From the NCBI GenBank assembly GCA_044868695.1, contig JBIOWP010000120.1:1-40438 (forward strand): a stretch of 40,438 nucleotides of DNA, written 5' to 3'. Source of the stretch: a bacterium. Lineage in GTDB: Bacteria; Sysuimicrobiota; Sysuimicrobiia; Sysuimicrobiales; Kaftiobacteriaceae. Within the stretch, counting starts at the first letter, position 1; each line of letters opens with the position of its first letter. Shown piece by piece: positions 38,775 to 40,438 of this stretch. The translations under genes and the position numbers were made by a program. Under the pieces are notes generated by a model that was not told where the DNA came from, did not search any database, and saw only the letters and a program-made list of their open reading frames with translations.

Positions 38775-39218
38775 ATGGTGGAGGGGAGGGACCCGACGGA
38801 GCCCTCCCCTCCGAGTCGTTGCATGGGATACGCGGTGTTGCTGGTCCTTGCCGGCATCCTCGCCGTCCCTGCCGTCTCCGCTCAGCCGATCGGCGGCGCC
38901 CTGCGGATCGAGATGGTTGAGTTCGCCTTCCGTCCGGCAGTGATTCGCGTGACGGCCGGACAGCCAATCACGCTGCGCCTTGTGAATCGCGGACAAATCG
39001 CCCATCAGTTCGGAGCAGAGTACCTGAGCACCGTACCTGTCGTCAGCAGCGATTCCAGGATGCGCGTTGAAGCTCCGGGCATCGAAGCACTTCGTCTGCA
39101 GCCCGGCGAATCAGCGACCATCCAGTTTGTTCCGCGCCAGCGCGGGCGGTTCCAATTCGCGTGCACCATCGAGGGTCACCGTGAGGCAGGCATGGAAGGG
39201 GTGCTCGAAGTACGCTGA
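38775..39218 (+). CDS. Exported cupredoxin (type 1 copper site); alternative start ATG 38823
   Basis: Signal-like hydrophobic segment, EFAFRP, NRGQIAHQF, FACTIEGHREAGMEG (H...C-x4-H-x4-M ligands). Confidence 0.88.
   Translation: MVEGRDPTEPSPPSRCMGYAVLLVLAGILAVPAVSAQPIGGALRIEMVEFAFRPAVIRVTAGQPITLRLVNRGQIAHQFGAEYLSTVPVVSSDSRMRVEAPGIEALRLQPGESATIQFVPRQRGRFQFACTIEGHREAGMEGVLEVR
38780..38812. repeat. 11-bp inverted repeat (GGAGGGGAGGG/CCCTCCCCTCC) at the cupredoxin 5' end
   Basis: Perfect stem 38780-38790/38802-38812, 11-nt loop, no U tract. Confidence 0.65.
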
Positions 39219-39234
39219 CAGCGGGCTGGTTCAT

Positions 39235-39430
39235 CGGTGCCTGGCACCGGAATACCTGGCACCGGGTGCCACTTCCGGCACTGAGTCGCCTTCCAGGGCA
39301 CGGCGAAGCCAGCCCTTTTCCTCGGTGCCTGGCACCGACGAACTTTCACCCACCAGTGAAACCACAGATCCCCCGCGCCGTCCATAGCTCAATTGGGTCA
39401 TTAACATTCGTCGGTGCCTGTCACCGACGA
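39235..39430. repeat. Cluster of GGTGCC-T-GGCACC palindromes (REP/REPIN-like)
   Basis: Copies at 39235-39249, 39322-39338, 39407-39430 (one mismatch) and a half copy at 39255-39264, between convergent genes. Confidence 0.8.
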
Positions 39431-39443
39431 TTTGCCGGGGGGC

Positions 39444-40148
39444 CTAAGGCGTCCTGAGGATCCCCGCGATGGCGGCCCCGGCGGCCGTGGCGGCCAGGTT
39501 CACAGTGTCGTTGGTCATTCCCCGCACTCGCCCTTCTACGGTCGCGCCCAGGAGGCTGTCCAGGGTCATGCTGAGAAAGCCGGCGAGCCAGACGGGGGCG
39601 AATGGGGTATGCAGCCACGCCATACTGGTTCCGGCAATCAGCGCAGCCCCGGCGCAGGCGCCGATCGTTCCGAGCCAGGTGACCCCGCCGGAGGTCCCAG
39701 GTGGAACCACGGGATCCGTACGCAGCAGCCTCGCCGTGATGAGTCGCGGAGGCGTCTTGCTGAGCAGCCCGATCTCTGTCGCCCACGTGTCCGCGGTGGA
39801 CGCTGCGATCGCGCCGGCAAACGCGGTCCAGATCCACGGCGCCGGCCAGACGCCACCGGCAACAGCCAGTGCCGTCGCGACCGCGCCGTTGGCGATGACC
39901 TGCATCCCGTTCCGTCCGGCGGCGTGTTCCGGGTGTGGTTTGCGCGCCGCGTGAACACGCGTGAGCAGGCTGCTCGTCGCAAAGAACAGCGCGAGCAGTC
40001 CGGCCGGCGGCCATCCGCCAAAGCCGAACACGAGTGTTCCGACGACCACTGCCGCCGCAGCGCCACCCCAGGTCAGCAGGCACAGCGCGCGGCCGGCAAG
40101 TCCGGCGGCCAGGCTAAGAATCAGCCCCGCCGCCAGCGACCCGATCAC
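39444..40148 (-). CDS. DUF92 (TMEM19-like) membrane protein
   Basis: LALFFATSSLLTR, GRNGMQVIANG, STADTWATEIG, PPGTSGGVTWLGT, DSLLGATV, NDTVN; start placed at GTG 40148 downstream of the candidate promoter (approximate). Confidence 0.88.
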   Translation of the reverse strand: MIGSLAAGLILSLAAGLAGRALCLLTWGGAAAAVVVGTLVFGFGGWPPAGLLALFFATSSLLTRVHAARKPHPEHAAGRNGMQVIANGAVATALAVAGGVWPAPWIWTAFAGAIAASTADTWATEIGLLSKTPPRLITARLLRTDPVVPPGTSGGVTWLGTIGACAGAALIAGTSMAWLHTPFAPVWLAGFLSMTLDSLLGATVEGRVRGMTNDTVNLAATAAGAAIAGILRTP

Positions 40149-40169
40149 CTGCGGGTGGCCCAGTGAAGC

Positions 40170-40198
40170 ATCGTATCGGTAGGTTTCGGGGTTGACAA
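40170..40198 (-). promoter_or_regulatory. Sigma70-type promoter for the DUF92 gene
   Basis: Minus strand TTGTCA-N17-TACGAT. Confidence 0.6.
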
Positions 40199-40220
40199 CC
40201 GCTACCCCCTGGGCTAAGGT
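40192..40220 (+). promoter_or_regulatory. rRNA operon promoter
   Basis: TTGACA-N17-TAAGGT about 180 nt upstream of 16S. Confidence 0.8.
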
Positions 40221-40255
40221 AGGTGGTGCGACTGGCGGGTTCGCAGCCCGCCCTG

Positions 40256-40274
40256 AACCTTGAAAACTGCATAG
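40256..40274 (+). promoter_or_regulatory. rRNA leader boxA-like / processing stem motif
   Basis: AACCTTGAAAACTGCATAG resembles the (T)CTTTGAAAACTG leader motif of Gram-positive rrn operons. Confidence 0.6.
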
Positions 40275-40397
40275 CGGTACGGGAGCCGTAATGCACACCA
40301 CCTCTGAGCGAATGCCTCCCCGGCGGGTCCGCAAGGATCTGGCGGGGTGTCGTTTCGTTTGGGGGTCGGTTGGTCCTCGAATGAGCCTTTGAGGATT

Positions 40398-40438
40398 CCA
40401 ACGGAGAGTTTGATCCTGGCTCAGGACGAACGCTGGCG
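40398..40438 (+). rRNA. rrs: 16S rRNA, 5' end (truncated by window edge)
   Basis: AGAGTTTGATCCTGGCTCAG at 40405-40424 followed by GACGAACGCTGGCG; mature 5' end approximate. Confidence 0.97.

Noticed and set aside
39235..39430. CRISPR array
   Set aside because: Repeats are only 13-24 nt with irregular spacing, few copies, no cas genes.

Overview
High-GC bacterial chromosome segment with Terrabacteria/Bacillota-like gene order and regulatory signals; the phylum cannot be assigned from this window. Left to right: 3' end of nnrD; a minus-strand glucose/galactose ABC (binding protein + 2 permeases) plus galK cassette; a long coupled plus-strand run alr-pheA-pxpBC fusion-dcyD-like-exported hypothetical-C26 amidohydrolase-ATP-dependent DNA ligase-nfeD-tsaE-tsaB-rimI-tsaD; a DnaA-box cluster and CIRCE-controlled groES-groEL; a 12-gene pur operon (purD-E-A-B-C-S-Q-L-F-M-N-H, no purK) with Bacillus-type PurBoxes; an accessory locus of two tandem AAA-ATPase/LuxR (STAND-like) regulators divergent from DUF4242 + exported His/Met-motif protein + cupredoxin; a palindromic repeat cluster; a DUF92 gene; and the promoter, leader and first bases of a 16S rRNA gene. 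Most unusual signals: (1) several kinds of short repeats (inverted heptamer arrays, palindromic elements) at junctions of and inside housekeeping genes, often translated in frame; (2) the twin STAND-LuxR / putative metal-binding module with a duplicated 38-bp upstream block; (3) a probable ATA start codon; (4) a non-origin DnaA-box array; (5) a PurA with altered IMP-binding motifs. All calls are from motif recognition by eye; no searches were run.
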